From a virus (Duplodnaviria; Caudoviricetes), in the IMG/VR virus record IMGVR_UViG_3300038443_000257, positions 1 through 64,000 of that record: a stretch of DNA of 64,000 bases, one strand, 5' to 3'. Every line of letters begins with the position of its first letter. The stretch's first letter is position 1. Positions 46,741 through 56,782 of the stretch are shown here, one piece after another. The notes beneath the pieces are model-generated. The model did not search any database. It was not told the DNA's origin and worked only from the letters and a program-made list of their open reading frames with translations. A program made the translations under genes and the position numbers.

Positions 46741-47631
46741 ATGTCTACAAGCCGTAAAGATATCCATACATTTTTATATTGGATTCACGACATTAAACAT
46801 TCCGACATCTATTCTGAAGGCTATGTCGGCATCACATCTGTGAGTGTACCAGTTAGGTTTAAGCAACATGTTTCTTGGGCGAAAGCTGGCACCTATAGTG
46901 AAGATTTCGCTAAGGCACTCCTGCAATCTCAATCACTGATGTACGAGACAATAATGGTAGGAACACGTGAAGAGATGCTAGAGGCAGAGAACCACTTCAG
47001 ACCTGAGCCTTACATCGGCTGGAACAGGGCATCAGGTGGTGAAGGTGGATGTGTGATTAAACATGGACTCACCGGACACCCCATCAAGCCGATCTACTAC
47101 AACATGTTTACAAGGGCAGCGCATCACGGAGTGTCTGTCGCTGATGAATGGTGTGGAGAGGGAGGTCTTGAAAGGTTTTACAAAGATATGGGAGATTGCC
47201 CTAAAGGCTACAATCTCACGCGCTACGATCTTAATGGGGGTTACGGTCCGGGTCTGTGTATGTGGGAGTCTAGGAAGGATTTCTTGAATCGGATAAGTAG
47301 AGCCAGCGACATTGAATATAACGGCGAGAAATATAATTATGTTGTACTGGCAGAAAAACTCGGAGTCAAGCCGAACACTCTTCAATATAGAATTATCCGA
47401 GGTTGGACCGTCGAGGAAGCTGTGGTAGGTAAGCGAGAGGGGCGGAAAATATTGACTCTTGATGCCACAGAAATTCCTTATAGCGGAGCCCTCTCAGACC
47501 AAGCTATACGAGAAATGGTGTGGCTGAGGTTGGAGGGATTAGGTATTGTAAAAATAGGAGAAATCATAGGAATTGACAGCAGCCAAGTTAGTCGTCTATG
47601 TGCTAAAATGGGAGTTAAGATTGAAAAATAA
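46741..47631 (+). CDS. GIY-YIG homing endonuclease with HTH domains
   Basis: LYWI..GYVGIT..RFKQH..GWN...GG; RF..DMG.CP; LQYRIIRGW. Confidence 0.8.
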   Translation: MSTSRKDIHTFLYWIHDIKHSDIYSEGYVGITSVSVPVRFKQHVSWAKAGTYSEDFAKALLQSQSLMYETIMVGTREEMLEAENHFRPEPYIGWNRASGGEGGCVIKHGLTGHPIKPIYYNMFTRAAHHGVSVADEWCGEGGLERFYKDMGDCPKGYNLTRYDLNGGYGPGLCMWESRKDFLNRISRASDIEYNGEKYNYVVLAEKLGVKPNTLQYRIIRGWTVEEAVVGKREGRKILTLDATEIPYSGALSDQAIREMVWLRLEGLGIVKIGEIIGIDSSQVSRLCAKMGVKIEK

Positions 47632-48154
47632 AAATCTTACTCGGTGCAGCCAAACTATGACCGAATCTCAGTATCTAGCCTTCATTCGTTCAGCACTCCG
47701 CTCCAAATGGTTGAGATGGAAACCTCGCTCGGACGCATTTTTGGCGGCACGCAGAAAATCTGAAAGCGATAATAAAAAGTTGAAATGGGAGTTTCAATGC
47801 AGCCTGTGCTCTCAATGGTTTTGCCAAAAAGACTGTGAATGCGATCATTACCCGAAAGATGCAGGTAGTATTCTTAGTGTGCAAGACATCGGGCAGTTTT
47901 GCGAGAATCTTTTTTGTGAAACTGATAATTTACGTATCTGCTGCAAGCCTTGTCACTCTGCTTGGACTTATGCCTCTGCTAACGGAATCAGCGTAGATGA
48001 AGCGAAATTGCAAAAAGAAGTCATTGCCATCTGTAAGAAGTCTGTGAAGGATGTAAAGCAATTTTGCTACGATTACGGCTACACAGATGCTCATCTTAGC
48101 AATCCTGACAAGCGCCGCAGTGTAGTAGAGGAAATTCTTCGCAGTGTAAAATAA
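47621..48154 (+). CDS. HNH-type endonuclease
   Basis: FIRSALR, CSLC, ECDH, NLRICCKPCH. Confidence 0.8.
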   Translation: MKNKNLTRCSQTMTESQYLAFIRSALRSKWLRWKPRSDAFLAARRKSESDNKKLKWEFQCSLCSQWFCQKDCECDHYPKDAGSILSVQDIGQFCENLFCETDNLRICCKPCHSAWTYASANGISVDEAKLQKEVIAICKKSVKDVKQFCYDYGYTDAHLSNPDKRRSVVEEILRSVK

Positions 48155-48392
48155 CCCTTGCGCATATGCAAGAACAAGAGTAAAATACGTTTGTTGTGCA
48201 ATCTTAAGGAGAACAAATGAAATACGAATTCTATGTAGAGGATGAGGGAGACTGGTACGGTGTGTTCTTGGAGGGTGCAAGTTACATCTGTGTACAACAG
48301 GACGTGGCACAACCGTTTGCAACTGCGTACCCTTGCAATAATGATCCTGAGAATTGGATCAACTTTGTACAACGATATCCGACTAAGGAGAA

Positions 48393-49004
48393 ATGATGAA
48401 ACAGCTTCCAGACAAATTTCAAATGCGTACTTACGGTTTTCCCGGATTCACTCACACTGTAAAGCTCAACCCGCATGGTGACTACGAAGTGACGTGGGCA
48501 CGAGGGTTTGATCGCAAGAGCTATTCGATGGGCAAAATGCTGCCGAATGTTGTGTTTACGGAAGAAGAGGTGCGGAAAAACGTAGCGGGTTGCTTGTGGT
48601 ATGTTGTGGAGGACACACCGGCGCAAAAGGAAATGAGTGCTAGTATGCCTGATGAGTTCATTGCGAGCAATACATTCAGTCGTAGTAGTTGGTCCATGAA
48701 GAAAGACGGCGCCACTTGGCGTGCATACTGCTTAGAAGGCGGGACACTTCTCTCAATTAATTATTACAGCGAAGATGATGTTCGCAACTACATTAAAAAA
48801 GGCACTTGGACGATTCAAGAGCGGGTCGCACTCACAGCCGAACAGCAACGCGCTCTGAAAGAGTTCAAAGAACAAGTCGCACAACTCGACCAATCTATCA
48901 AGCTGAATGAACAGGACATCGCTCACAAGGAACATCTCATTGGAAACTATCGTCAACGTCAAGATGATCTTCGCAAGAAGATTGAAGAACTGGAGGGCAA
49001 ATGA
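48393..49004 (+). CDS. hypothetical protein with internal duplication and coiled coil
   Basis: Two LPDKF/MPDEF...EEEVR/EDDVR...W units. Confidence 0.75.
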   Translation: MMKQLPDKFQMRTYGFPGFTHTVKLNPHGDYEVTWARGFDRKSYSMGKMLPNVVFTEEEVRKNVAGCLWYVVEDTPAQKEMSASMPDEFIASNTFSRSSWSMKKDGATWRAYCLEGGTLLSINYYSEDDVRNYIKKGTWTIQERVALTAEQQRALKEFKEQVAQLDQSIKLNEQDIAHKEHLIGNYRQRQDDLRKKIEELEGK

Positions 49005-49951
49005 ATATTGCAGATAAAGATTGGGCAGTGGAAGCCGTACGACTTGCCAATGAGCATCCTGATATGTCGTGGCGTGAAATCTCTCGCCGGATCGGTGTTG
49101 CGAAGTCTACTGTGTCGGACAACCTGCGCAAGTACTTCAAGTTCCGCGAAACTGAAGTGGAAGCTGTAGAAGGTGTTGTTCCAAAGGGTGCTAAGATTCT
49201 TCTGCTTGATATCGAGTGTGCCCCTACTACAGCATATGTGTGGGGCCGTTGGGATAACAATGTTAGCCAGAAGCAAGTTGTACACGAGGGTTATCTGCTG
49301 ACGTATTCTGCCAAGTGGCTTGGTGAGCCAACTATTGTGTCGAATCGAATCTACGAAGCTCGCAACGATGAAGTGCTTGTACGAGAGCTTGCAGACCTGA
49401 TGAGCCAAGCGGACCTGTGCGTGGCACACAATGCGCAGAAGTTCGACATTCCACTCATCAAGACTCGCATGGTTGCTCTTGGGATGACGCCTCCTGCATC
49501 TAGTAAGATTGTAGATACGCTTCGGATTGCTAAGGCCGAGTTCCGCTTCCCAAGCAACAGTCTTGACAGTATTGCAGCATATCTTGGCCTGCAACGTAAA
49601 GCAAGCCATAGCGGCTTTGAACTGTGGACTCGCTGCATGGCTATGGACGATGAGGCATTTGACGAGATGCTTGAATATAACATTCAGGACGTCGTAGTGC
49701 TGGAGGAAGTGTATATGCGTTTGCGCCACTGGAGTAAGACACATCCCAATGTAGCCCTGTATGAACCTGCTGGAAAGCTGCGTTGTGTTTGCTGCGGTAG
49801 TGAAAAGCTGGCGGAGATTGATAAGAAATATTACACTGCAACATCTGAGTTTATGCTGTATAATTGCCTTTCTTGTGGGAAGCAAAATCGGGGACGTAAG
49901 AATGTCTCTGAACACAAGAGCGATAACAGTCTTACGAACGTGGGGAGGTAA
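49001..49951 (+). CDS. HTH plus RNase H-like (DEDD) exonuclease
   Basis: SWREISRRIGVAKSTV; LDIE, HNAQKFD, DTL, YNIQDV; C-terminal zinc ribbon. Confidence 0.88.
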   Translation: MNIADKDWAVEAVRLANEHPDMSWREISRRIGVAKSTVSDNLRKYFKFRETEVEAVEGVVPKGAKILLLDIECAPTTAYVWGRWDNNVSQKQVVHEGYLLTYSAKWLGEPTIVSNRIYEARNDEVLVRELADLMSQADLCVAHNAQKFDIPLIKTRMVALGMTPPASSKIVDTLRIAKAEFRFPSNSLDSIAAYLGLQRKASHSGFELWTRCMAMDDEAFDEMLEYNIQDVVVLEEVYMRLRHWSKTHPNVALYEPAGKLRCVCCGSEKLAEIDKKYYTATSEFMLYNCLSCGKQNRGRKNVSEHKSDNSLTNVGR

Positions 49952-49952
49952 A

Positions 49953-50144
49953 ATGTCAACAATTGATATCCGAGATAACCCTGTAGTTACAAGAATCAAG
50001 TTTAACGATTCTCAGGGTGTTTACATGGCAGGAAATAATTTGATGATTGAGGGCGAAAGTGTTGCTGCTAAGATTCCTAAAGCTGACGTAGAAAATCTCA
50101 TCAAAGCCTTGCAGAAAGCTGTTGAGCTTGGGTGGACGAAATGA
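49953..50144 (+). CDS. hypothetical protein
   Basis: SD GGAGG; NLIKALQKAVELGW. Confidence 0.7.
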   Translation: MSTIDIRDNPVVTRIKFNDSQGVYMAGNNLMIEGESVAAKIPKADVENLIKALQKAVELGWTK

Positions 50145-50335
50145 AAACTCGTGTCTACAAATACGGCAAGTACTATTATCCTCAGTACAAAGGTTGGTTC
50201 GTTTGGCATTTCATGCACGAGGCAATGACGTTTGAAGATTGTGTGGTACATTTTGACACTGCTGAAGAAGCCATCAAGTATGTACAAGATGGTAATTGGG
50301 CTAAATATGAAGCAGTTGTATGGGAGAGCAAATGA
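50141..50335 (+). CDS. hypothetical protein
   Basis: YYPQYKGWFVW. Confidence 0.7.
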   Translation: MKTRVYKYGKYYYPQYKGWFVWHFMHEAMTFEDCVVHFDTAEEAIKYVQDGNWAKYEAVVWESK

Positions 50336-50787
50336 ATATTCAAAAGCATTATGACGAAGTGTTGAAATTTAATAAGATCGGCAAGTCTTTCGACGAGCCA
50401 TTTGAGGCAGTTTGTCTGTATGTAGACCTTATTAAAGAGGAGCTTGCTGAGACAATTACCGCTTTACACGCAACCGGAGACAGCGTAGAACTTCTTGACG
50501 GGGCATGTGACGTGTTTGTTGTTACATGCGGACTACTGCAAGCTATGGAGAAAGCTGGATTCAATGTGGACGAAGCACTACGTCGAGTGACTAAGAACAA
50601 TAATGATAAGTTTGTTCCGTCCCTCTTCATGTCTGACTATCCGTCTGACTACTCTTTTGAAGACAACGAAGAGTACGGAGTCATTGTCATTAAAGATAAC
50701 AAGGGCAAGATTCGTAAGCCTGTTGGTTTTGAGCCCGTTACCTTAGATGATCTTGTGCCCGATAATTTCTTCGGGGGTGAAGCGTGA
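50332..50787 (+). CDS. MazG-like NTP pyrophosphohydrolase
   Basis: LIKEELAE, ELLDGACD, V..NN.DK, GKIRKP. Confidence 0.85.
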   Translation: MNIQKHYDEVLKFNKIGKSFDEPFEAVCLYVDLIKEELAETITALHATGDSVELLDGACDVFVVTCGLLQAMEKAGFNVDEALRRVTKNNNDKFVPSLFMSDYPSDYSFEDNEEYGVIVIKDNKGKIRKPVGFEPVTLDDLVPDNFFGGEA

Positions 50788-51356
50788 AAACTATCTCGGT
50801 AACAGATTTGAAGCTTATTGATGGCCTTAGTCATCTTAACTACATGGAAATGGTGCATCCCTCCAACGACCAATTAGTTGGGAAGTACCTTGACATGATC
50901 GGCATTGATATTACTAAACCATTGGAGTACCGGGCGTACCAACACAGAAATTTGCAAGGTAAAGTGGTTGTTAATTTTCTTATTGCAGGTGACTTGAAGC
51001 TTGACCGCAAGAGTCTTACAAGTCAGTTTAGTACGTACGAAGATCGCCTAATTGCCTCAAGCATCTACGACCGATCCTTGTTTGAACAACTACATGAACT
51101 CGGCAACACTTCGCCTACATACGGCGGCACAGCGCCTGATGAGGATGTCCCAACAAGGGAATCGGAAGAGTGTAAAGAAGATGAACTAAAGATTGCAAAA
51201 GAGATTGCCATGCTGGAAGATATTCTGTACCATATCCGGGGCAGTCAAGTGAACCCCGACGGATCATTCAAGACGATGGATGAGTATGTGAATCCTCGTC
51301 CCGTTGACAAACCTCGTAAGAAACACAAATCGCGTAAGAATGTAGAAGGAGTTTAA
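50784..51356 (+). CDS. hypothetical protein
   Basis: 190 aa, QHRNLQGKVV. Confidence 0.75.
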   Translation: MKTISVTDLKLIDGLSHLNYMEMVHPSNDQLVGKYLDMIGIDITKPLEYRAYQHRNLQGKVVVNFLIAGDLKLDRKSLTSQFSTYEDRLIASSIYDRSLFEQLHELGNTSPTYGGTAPDEDVPTRESEECKEDELKIAKEIAMLEDILYHIRGSQVNPDGSFKTMDEYVNPRPVDKPRKKHKSRKNVEGV

Positions 51357-53594
51357 ATGACTGAGAAGCATATTATGGTTACTAAGCGGGATGGTTCTGT
51401 TGTCCCGTTTGATCCTGAGAAGCTTACTCGTTGGGCAAAGTGGGCAGGTAACATCGGTGTGGATTGGTTTGGCATTGTTGCTGACACCTATCAAAAGCTG
51501 CCCGACACTTGCACGACTAAGGACTTGCAGCAAGCTATGATTCAGGCATGCATGGATTATGAAGATACTCCGCATATGCTGATGGCTGGCCGTCTGCTGA
51601 TTGGTGATGTGTATAAGCAAGCGTTTGGTGGGCATGAGTGTGTTCCAGAAGTGCGGTATATGTACGCCCACATGGTCATGGACGGCTTATGGGAAGATAT
51701 GGGATATTCCCTTGATGAGCTTGACGAGGCGGAATCCTTCATCAACCACGAGCGCGATTTGAATAGCGTCTACTCTGTCATCAATCAGATCACGACCAAA
51801 TACGCTATCAAGGATATCGAGAAGAACATTGTGTTGGAGTCGCCTGCATTCGTTTGGATGCGCATGGCTCTTGGGGTGTGCAAAGATGAGCCTAAGGCCA
51901 CTCGCATGCAGGAAGTGCGAGCATTCTACGAAGATTACGCAACTGGTCGCATCAATGCGCCTACGCCTAACATTAACAATCTTGGCACTCCTAAGCGAAC
52001 TTATGCTTCTTGCTGCGTTTACAAGAGTAACGATGAACTTGGCAGTTTGGCTGCTGGCGATCACATTGCTACGATTATGACAGCATCTAGTGCTGGTATT
52101 GGCGGCATGCTGATGACTCGTAGTAAGGGGGATGGTGTTCGTAAGAATACTATTCGCCACGGTGGGAAACTGCCATACTACAACGCACAGGCAAGTGCTG
52201 TGAATGCCAACCTGCAAGGCGGTCGTGGCGGAGCGGAGACGATGCACATCAATGCTCTTGATCCTGAGATTGAGACGCTGCTGCGCCTTCGTCACCCAAC
52301 TACTGTTGCATCGAAAGCAGAGCGACGACTCGACTACAGTTTTGGCTTCCACCCTCTGCTTGCAGAGAAGGCTGCTAAGAATGAACAGTGGATGAACATC
52401 AGCTATAAGGTGAATCCTAATCTGTGGGAAGCTATGTACCGTGCAGACGGCAGCTTTGAGAAGCTGTATGAGGAACACGAAAAGAGCAGCAAGCGTAAGA
52501 AGTTTATTCCTGCGCGTAAACTTGCTCTAGAGTTCCTTCGTATGGAAGAAGAGACGGGTCGGATGTACGAGCACAATACGTATGAACTGAACCGCCATAC
52601 GCCGTTCAAAGACCCTGTGTATAGCTCTAACCTTTGCCAAGAAATCGGCCTGCCGACACAAGGCTACAAGGATGTTACCGAGCTTTACCGAATGGACGAT
52701 GATGTGCAGGGTGAGATTGGTCTGTGCAATCTAGGTGCAATTGTTGCAGGGCGTGTGACACCTGAAATGTATGAGGAAGTGGCGTACCGCACTCTCAAGA
52801 TGGTTGACAACGTGATTTCGATCATGGACTACCCGTTCCCGCATCTGAAGTACACTGCACAGGCTCGTCGTTCTGCTGGCATTGGTATCACAAACCTTGC
52901 ACATGATATGGCAGTTAAGGGGCTTCGATACGATACGGCAGAGGGTAAAGCTTACATGCACCGACTAGCTGAGATGCATTCTTACTGGCTCCACAAGGCT
53001 AGTGTGCGTCTTGCCAAGGAGCGTGGCAAGTGCGATTGGTTCCACAAGACGAAGTATGCAGATGGCTGGTTGCCTATTGACACCTACTGCAAACACATCG
53101 ATAATGTGACGAATCAACCCCTTCTGTGTGATTGGGAAGGTCTTCGTAAGGAGATTGCAGAGCACGGCATGCGTAACAGCGTTCTTGAAGCGTATATGCC
53201 TGTCGAATCAAGCAGCATTGCTGGCAACACGACCAATAGTATTTATCCGGTTCGTGAGCTTGTGGTTGTTAAGACGAGTGGCACTAACAAAAATGTGTTT
53301 CTTGCACCGGACTTGGAAGAATTGAAAGATGCGTATCAGTTGGCTTGGACTGTTCCAGCTAAGGATATTGCTGAGATGTACGGCATCTTCCAGAAGTTCT
53401 GTGGGCAGGCTATTAGTGCTGACAAGTACCGTGCTTTCCCTGCGGGTGTGACGCCTAAGATTAGTGCAACGGAGATGTTTGAAGACTGGCTCTACCGCAT
53501 TACGTGCGGCCATAAGTCCGGATACTATTCCAACACCAAAGCTGGCCTCACTCTTGAAGAAAATGAGGCTGAGTGCGAAAGCTGCAAATTGTAA
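51357..53594 (+). CDS. nrdA: ribonucleotide reductase class I alpha subunit
   Basis: ATP cone VTKRDG, PTP..NLGT, ASCC, SNLCQEI, C-terminal CESC. Confidence 0.95.
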   Translation: MTEKHIMVTKRDGSVVPFDPEKLTRWAKWAGNIGVDWFGIVADTYQKLPDTCTTKDLQQAMIQACMDYEDTPHMLMAGRLLIGDVYKQAFGGHECVPEVRYMYAHMVMDGLWEDMGYSLDELDEAESFINHERDLNSVYSVINQITTKYAIKDIEKNIVLESPAFVWMRMALGVCKDEPKATRMQEVRAFYEDYATGRINAPTPNINNLGTPKRTYASCCVYKSNDELGSLAAGDHIATIMTASSAGIGGMLMTRSKGDGVRKNTIRHGGKLPYYNAQASAVNANLQGGRGGAETMHINALDPEIETLLRLRHPTTVASKAERRLDYSFGFHPLLAEKAAKNEQWMNISYKVNPNLWEAMYRADGSFEKLYEEHEKSSKRKKFIPARKLALEFLRMEEETGRMYEHNTYELNRHTPFKDPVYSSNLCQEIGLPTQGYKDVTELYRMDDDVQGEIGLCNLGAIVAGRVTPEMYEEVAYRTLKMVDNVISIMDYPFPHLKYTAQARRSAGIGITNLAHDMAVKGLRYDTAEGKAYMHRLAEMHSYWLHKASVRLAKERGKCDWFHKTKYADGWLPIDTYCKHIDNVTNQPLLCDWEGLRKEIAEHGMRNSVLEAYMPVESSSIAGNTTNSIYPVRELVVVKTSGTNKNVFLAPDLEELKDAYQLAWTVPAKDIAEMYGIFQKFCGQAISADKYRAFPAGVTPKISATEMFEDWLYRITCGHKSGYYSNTKAGLTLEENEAECESCKL

Positions 53595-53602
53595 GGATGA
53601 AC

Positions 53603-54697
53603 ATGACTGTATTTAACCAAGATAATGATGAATGGAAGACTGGCAAGTACAGTTTGTTTCTAGGGCAAGCCCCCGGACTGTACGATAGCATCAACGTAGC
53701 ACACCCTAAACTGTTTAAGTATTACAAGGATCAAAAGTCCGCTGATTGGTCCGAAGATGAAATTGATCTTGAGCAAAGTCGTATCGACATGCTCACTTGC
53801 AAGCCGGAAGCACGAGAAATCATGCTTGAGAATCTTGCGCTTCAGTGGGAGACTGACAGCTTTGCTGCCCGCAGTATTGCACCTCTATTCGCACCGTTTG
53901 TTACAAACAGTGAATACTGGGCAGCACTGCTGAAGATTAGCGAAATTGAAGTGCTGCACGCTCTAACCTACTCGGAAATCGTTCGGGTGTGCATGGAGAA
54001 TCCCAAAGACATCTTTGAGCGCATCATGAAGAACGATGCCATCATTGGTAGGCTTGAAGCTGTCTCTAGGGCATTCAATGAATTGAAGTACGCAGGTGCA
54101 GCCTACACTTTGAGTTTGATTGCAAAAGAGGATGCCTACCCTGTTGTGATGCGTGCTGTAGTGGCGTTGTACTGCCTTGAACGCCTTCAGTTTGTGGATT
54201 CGTTCGCTGCGACGTTCGGTGTGGTGGAAGGTGAGCAATGCTTTCAAGGCATCGGCAAGCTGGTTCAGAAGATTATGCAGGACGAACGTTTTATCCACGC
54301 CGAAGCTGGTAAATATGTTATCAAGCACGAACTGAGTACTGATCGCGGTGCGGCATGGTTTGAGAAGGACAAAGACATCATCCGTAGCATGCTGGACGAG
54401 GTTGTTCAGGCAGAGTATAAGTGGAACACCTACCTGTTCAGCAACGGTCGTAAGTGTGTTGGCTTCACTGAGCAAAGTGGAATTGACTGGATCGACTACA
54501 ACGCACAAGAAGTGTATGAAGTGTTTGGCTTTGAGCCGCCACGCAAGATTGAAAAGAATCCTTTGAAATATATGGAGAACTGGCTTGATCTGAACAAAAC
54601 TCAGAATGCCAACCAAGAGGGCGACCAAGCAAACTATCGCCTTAATATTATTATTGACGATCTTGGTGACAAGATTATTGAATGGAGCTATCGATAA
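53603..54697 (+). CDS. nrdB: ribonucleotide reductase class Ia beta subunit
   Basis: W.EDE, TDS, EVLHALTY, LERLQF, DERFIH, C-terminal QE...NY. Confidence 0.93.
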   Translation: MTVFNQDNDEWKTGKYSLFLGQAPGLYDSINVAHPKLFKYYKDQKSADWSEDEIDLEQSRIDMLTCKPEAREIMLENLALQWETDSFAARSIAPLFAPFVTNSEYWAALLKISEIEVLHALTYSEIVRVCMENPKDIFERIMKNDAIIGRLEAVSRAFNELKYAGAAYTLSLIAKEDAYPVVMRAVVALYCLERLQFVDSFAATFGVVEGEQCFQGIGKLVQKIMQDERFIHAEAGKYVIKHELSTDRGAAWFEKDKDIIRSMLDEVVQAEYKWNTYLFSNGRKCVGFTEQSGIDWIDYNAQEVYEVFGFEPPRKIEKNPLKYMENWLDLNKTQNANQEGDQANYRLNIIIDDLGDKIIEWSYR

Positions 54698-54945
54698 TGC
54701 TAGTTGTATATAGTAAGAATAATTGTCCTGAGTGTGCCAAGGCTGCTGCATTGCTGGATGCGAAAGGTGTAGAGTATAAAACGGTAAAAGTGGATGAAGA
54801 CCCTGTAGTCCGGGCAATGCTCATGTCGATGGGGCATCGATCTGTTCCGCAAATCTACATGGAAGGTCAAAATGATGCAACGCTGGTAGGTGACTACAAA
54901 GCTCTTACCAAGCTTACCGACGAACAGTGGGCTGCTTTGAAATAA
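54697..54945 (+). CDS. glutaredoxin
   Basis: YSKNNCPEC, RSVPQI. Confidence 0.92.
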   Translation: MLVVYSKNNCPECAKAAALLDAKGVEYKTVKVDEDPVVRAMLMSMGHRSVPQIYMEGQNDATLVGDYKALTKLTDEQWAALK

Positions 54946-55035
54946 ATTTTAAAATTCTTGTTGACAAGGGCCAAGCTCATCAGTAGAATAGCTCTTGTCG
55001 ATTTAGACGAAACACAAATCTTAAGGAGAAATCGT

Positions 55036-55218
55036 ATGAACATTGTTAAACAAATTGCCGACCGTGTAAACGCCATCCTGCGTACGGGCGCATCGAAAGA
55101 GAAAGCTGCTCGTTACATCAATGCCGAGTTCCACGCTTGTGCGTATGTTGGTAAAGGTAAGCTGTGGGCTTCGTTCACTGGCGAAGATGGCAAACAGCGT
55201 GTGCAGGTTTTTGCGTAA
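55036..55218 (+). CDS. hypothetical protein
   Basis: SD AAGGAG; promoter 54961-54989 TTGACA-17-TAGAAT. Confidence 0.7.
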   Translation: MNIVKQIADRVNAILRTGASKEKAARYINAEFHACAYVGKGKLWASFTGEDGKQRVQVFA

Positions 55219-55225
55219 GGCGAAA

Positions 55226-55825
55226 ATGGCTGTCCCTGACTACAAAGGTTTAGATGGAAGGTGGGTAAGGTCTACAGGTCGAGGTAAAAATCAAATCTAT
55301 ACCAGAGCAGGCAACATTTGGCGCTGCGTACAGACGCGATGTAAACTTGATGGGCAGTACCAAAAAGATCGCGACACATACAAAGGTGTCCGAAATGAAT
55401 TTATAGATTTCCAACACTTCGCAGAGTGGTGTCAAAAACAGATTGGTTACTCTTCAGATGAAGTTTGGCAAATTGACAAAGACCTGCTATACAAGAATTG
55501 CAAAGTGTACTCGGAAGGCACCTGTTTGTTTCTACCTATACAGATTAATAATTTTTTAATCCAAGCGAACATGCGGAGGGGTAAACTGCCAATTGGTGTA
55601 AAAATGGAAAAGAAGGTTACTGCACGGTATAAGGCACAATGTGCACCTTCTGGAACAGATTTTAAAAATTATATAGGCAATTTCGACACCCCGGAAGAAG
55701 CCTTCTACGCTTACAAGACCCGCAAAGAGTGTATCGCAAAAATTTTGGCGGAAAGATGGAAGGACAAGATTGACCCACGGGCATATGAAGCCCTACAAAA
55801 TTTTACCGTAAATATTAACGACTAA
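55226..55825 (+). CDS. HNH-like homing endonuclease with AP2-like C-terminus
   Basis: FQHFAEWC, WQIDKDLL, YSEGTCLFLP, FDTPEEAF. Confidence 0.8.
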   Translation: MAVPDYKGLDGRWVRSTGRGKNQIYTRAGNIWRCVQTRCKLDGQYQKDRDTYKGVRNEFIDFQHFAEWCQKQIGYSSDEVWQIDKDLLYKNCKVYSEGTCLFLPIQINNFLIQANMRRGKLPIGVKMEKKVTARYKAQCAPSGTDFKNYIGNFDTPEEAFYAYKTRKECIAKILAERWKDKIDPRAYEALQNFTVNIND

Positions 55826-55837
55826 GGAGTTTTAAAA

Positions 55838-56101
55838 ATGACCAAGCATGTTACCGTAGATCAGGCAACCTTTGATGCGGCAGACCTTACCAAGTTTTTG
55901 CAACGGGGTATCAATGTTCTTGCCGAAGAGGCTGCGTTGAAAGACGACTTCAAGGCTCTTGTCGAAGAAGCTGCCAACGCAACCAAGATTGAGAAGAAGA
56001 TCATTCGCAAGTTCATCAAGTCTCGCTTTGCTGTCAAGACCAAAGACATCGTTGCGGAAGCTGAAACTCTCGATGCTCTGAGCAAAGCTGTGGACGAATA
56101 A
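55838..56101 (+). CDS. dsDNA-binding protein (T4 DsbA/GapR-like)
   Basis: LKDDFKALVEEA...IEKKIIRKFIK helical pattern. Confidence 0.6.
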   Translation: MTKHVTVDQATFDAADLTKFLQRGINVLAEEAALKDDFKALVEEAANATKIEKKIIRKFIKSRFAVKTKDIVAEAETLDALSKAVDE

Positions 56102-56196
56102 GCAGTTCTTGCAGGCAAGCTATGCTGTCAATGCAACAATGTCACAAGATTATGTATATGTCGTTTTAATGACACGCAATAAATCACGAACATTTC

Positions 56197-56226
56197 TTGA
56201 CAGCACATCTTCTGTAGGCATACACT
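56197..56226 (+). promoter_or_regulatory. sigma70 promoter
   Basis: TTGACA-18-TACACT. Confidence 0.65.
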
Positions 56227-56361
56227 TACATCAATGCTGATTCGGAACATGCCGTTCCCTCTGAATCTGCCAATAACAAGAAGCCGTAAGGCCGCGCAGT
56301 ACGTTTATATAAACAATCTTTGAACAAATCTACCAAGCTAACATAAGGAAAGCTAAACACT

Positions 56362-56634
56362 ATGAACATCATTGCAACCGCAAACATCATCCTGACCCTG
56401 CTGCCTGTTGTGAGCGACACTGTTAAGAACGTTGAAGCGTTCGCAGGTACGGGTAACGGCGCAGCTAAACAACAAGCTGCCCTCGGCATCATCAAGTCGC
56501 TGTACGAAGCATCCTCTCCCCCGGTTCCGTTTGAGCAGATCGTTGCACAAGTCACTCAACTGATCAACGAAGTTGTTGTGTTTTACAATGCTATCAAGGC
56601 ATTTAGCCGCTCTGCACACCAAGCAGCAGCCTAA
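56362..56634 (+). CDS. small protein, LL-H holin-like motif
   Basis: Hydrophobic N-terminus, VKNVE...G.GAAK. Confidence 0.6.
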   Translation: MNIIATANIILTLLPVVSDTVKNVEAFAGTGNGAAKQQAALGIIKSLYEASSPPVPFEQIVAQVTQLINEVVVFYNAIKAFSRSAHQAAA

Positions 56635-56639
56635 TAAAT

Positions 56640-56738
56640 AAAAAAGCCCCAACACTTTCGTGAAGGGGCGAACGAACTCTCTACCAAGAGTTGCTAAGGA
56701 AAGCGTGAGGACCGAGCTAAGGTTGTCTCACGCTTTTT
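56640..56738. terminator. convergent terminators
   Basis: GCCCC/GGGGC hairpin with A run (minus); AAAGCGTGAG/CTCACGCTTTTT (plus). Confidence 0.7.
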
Positions 56739-56782
56739 AGTATAGTCGACATTTCAAAGAGATGTCAATGCCTTTGACACTA

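Noticed and set aside
48959-49999. Long antisense ORFs (also 42976-43959, 51687-52478, 53963-54817)
   Set aside because: Shadows of well-supported plus-strand genes, with no SD or motifs
51357-54697. Introns or inteins in nrdA/nrdB (also checked polymerase and helicase)
   Set aside because: ORFs are continuous and of normal length
56125-56146. Possible Pho box
   Set aside because: TGTCA repeats are 13 bp apart rather than 11
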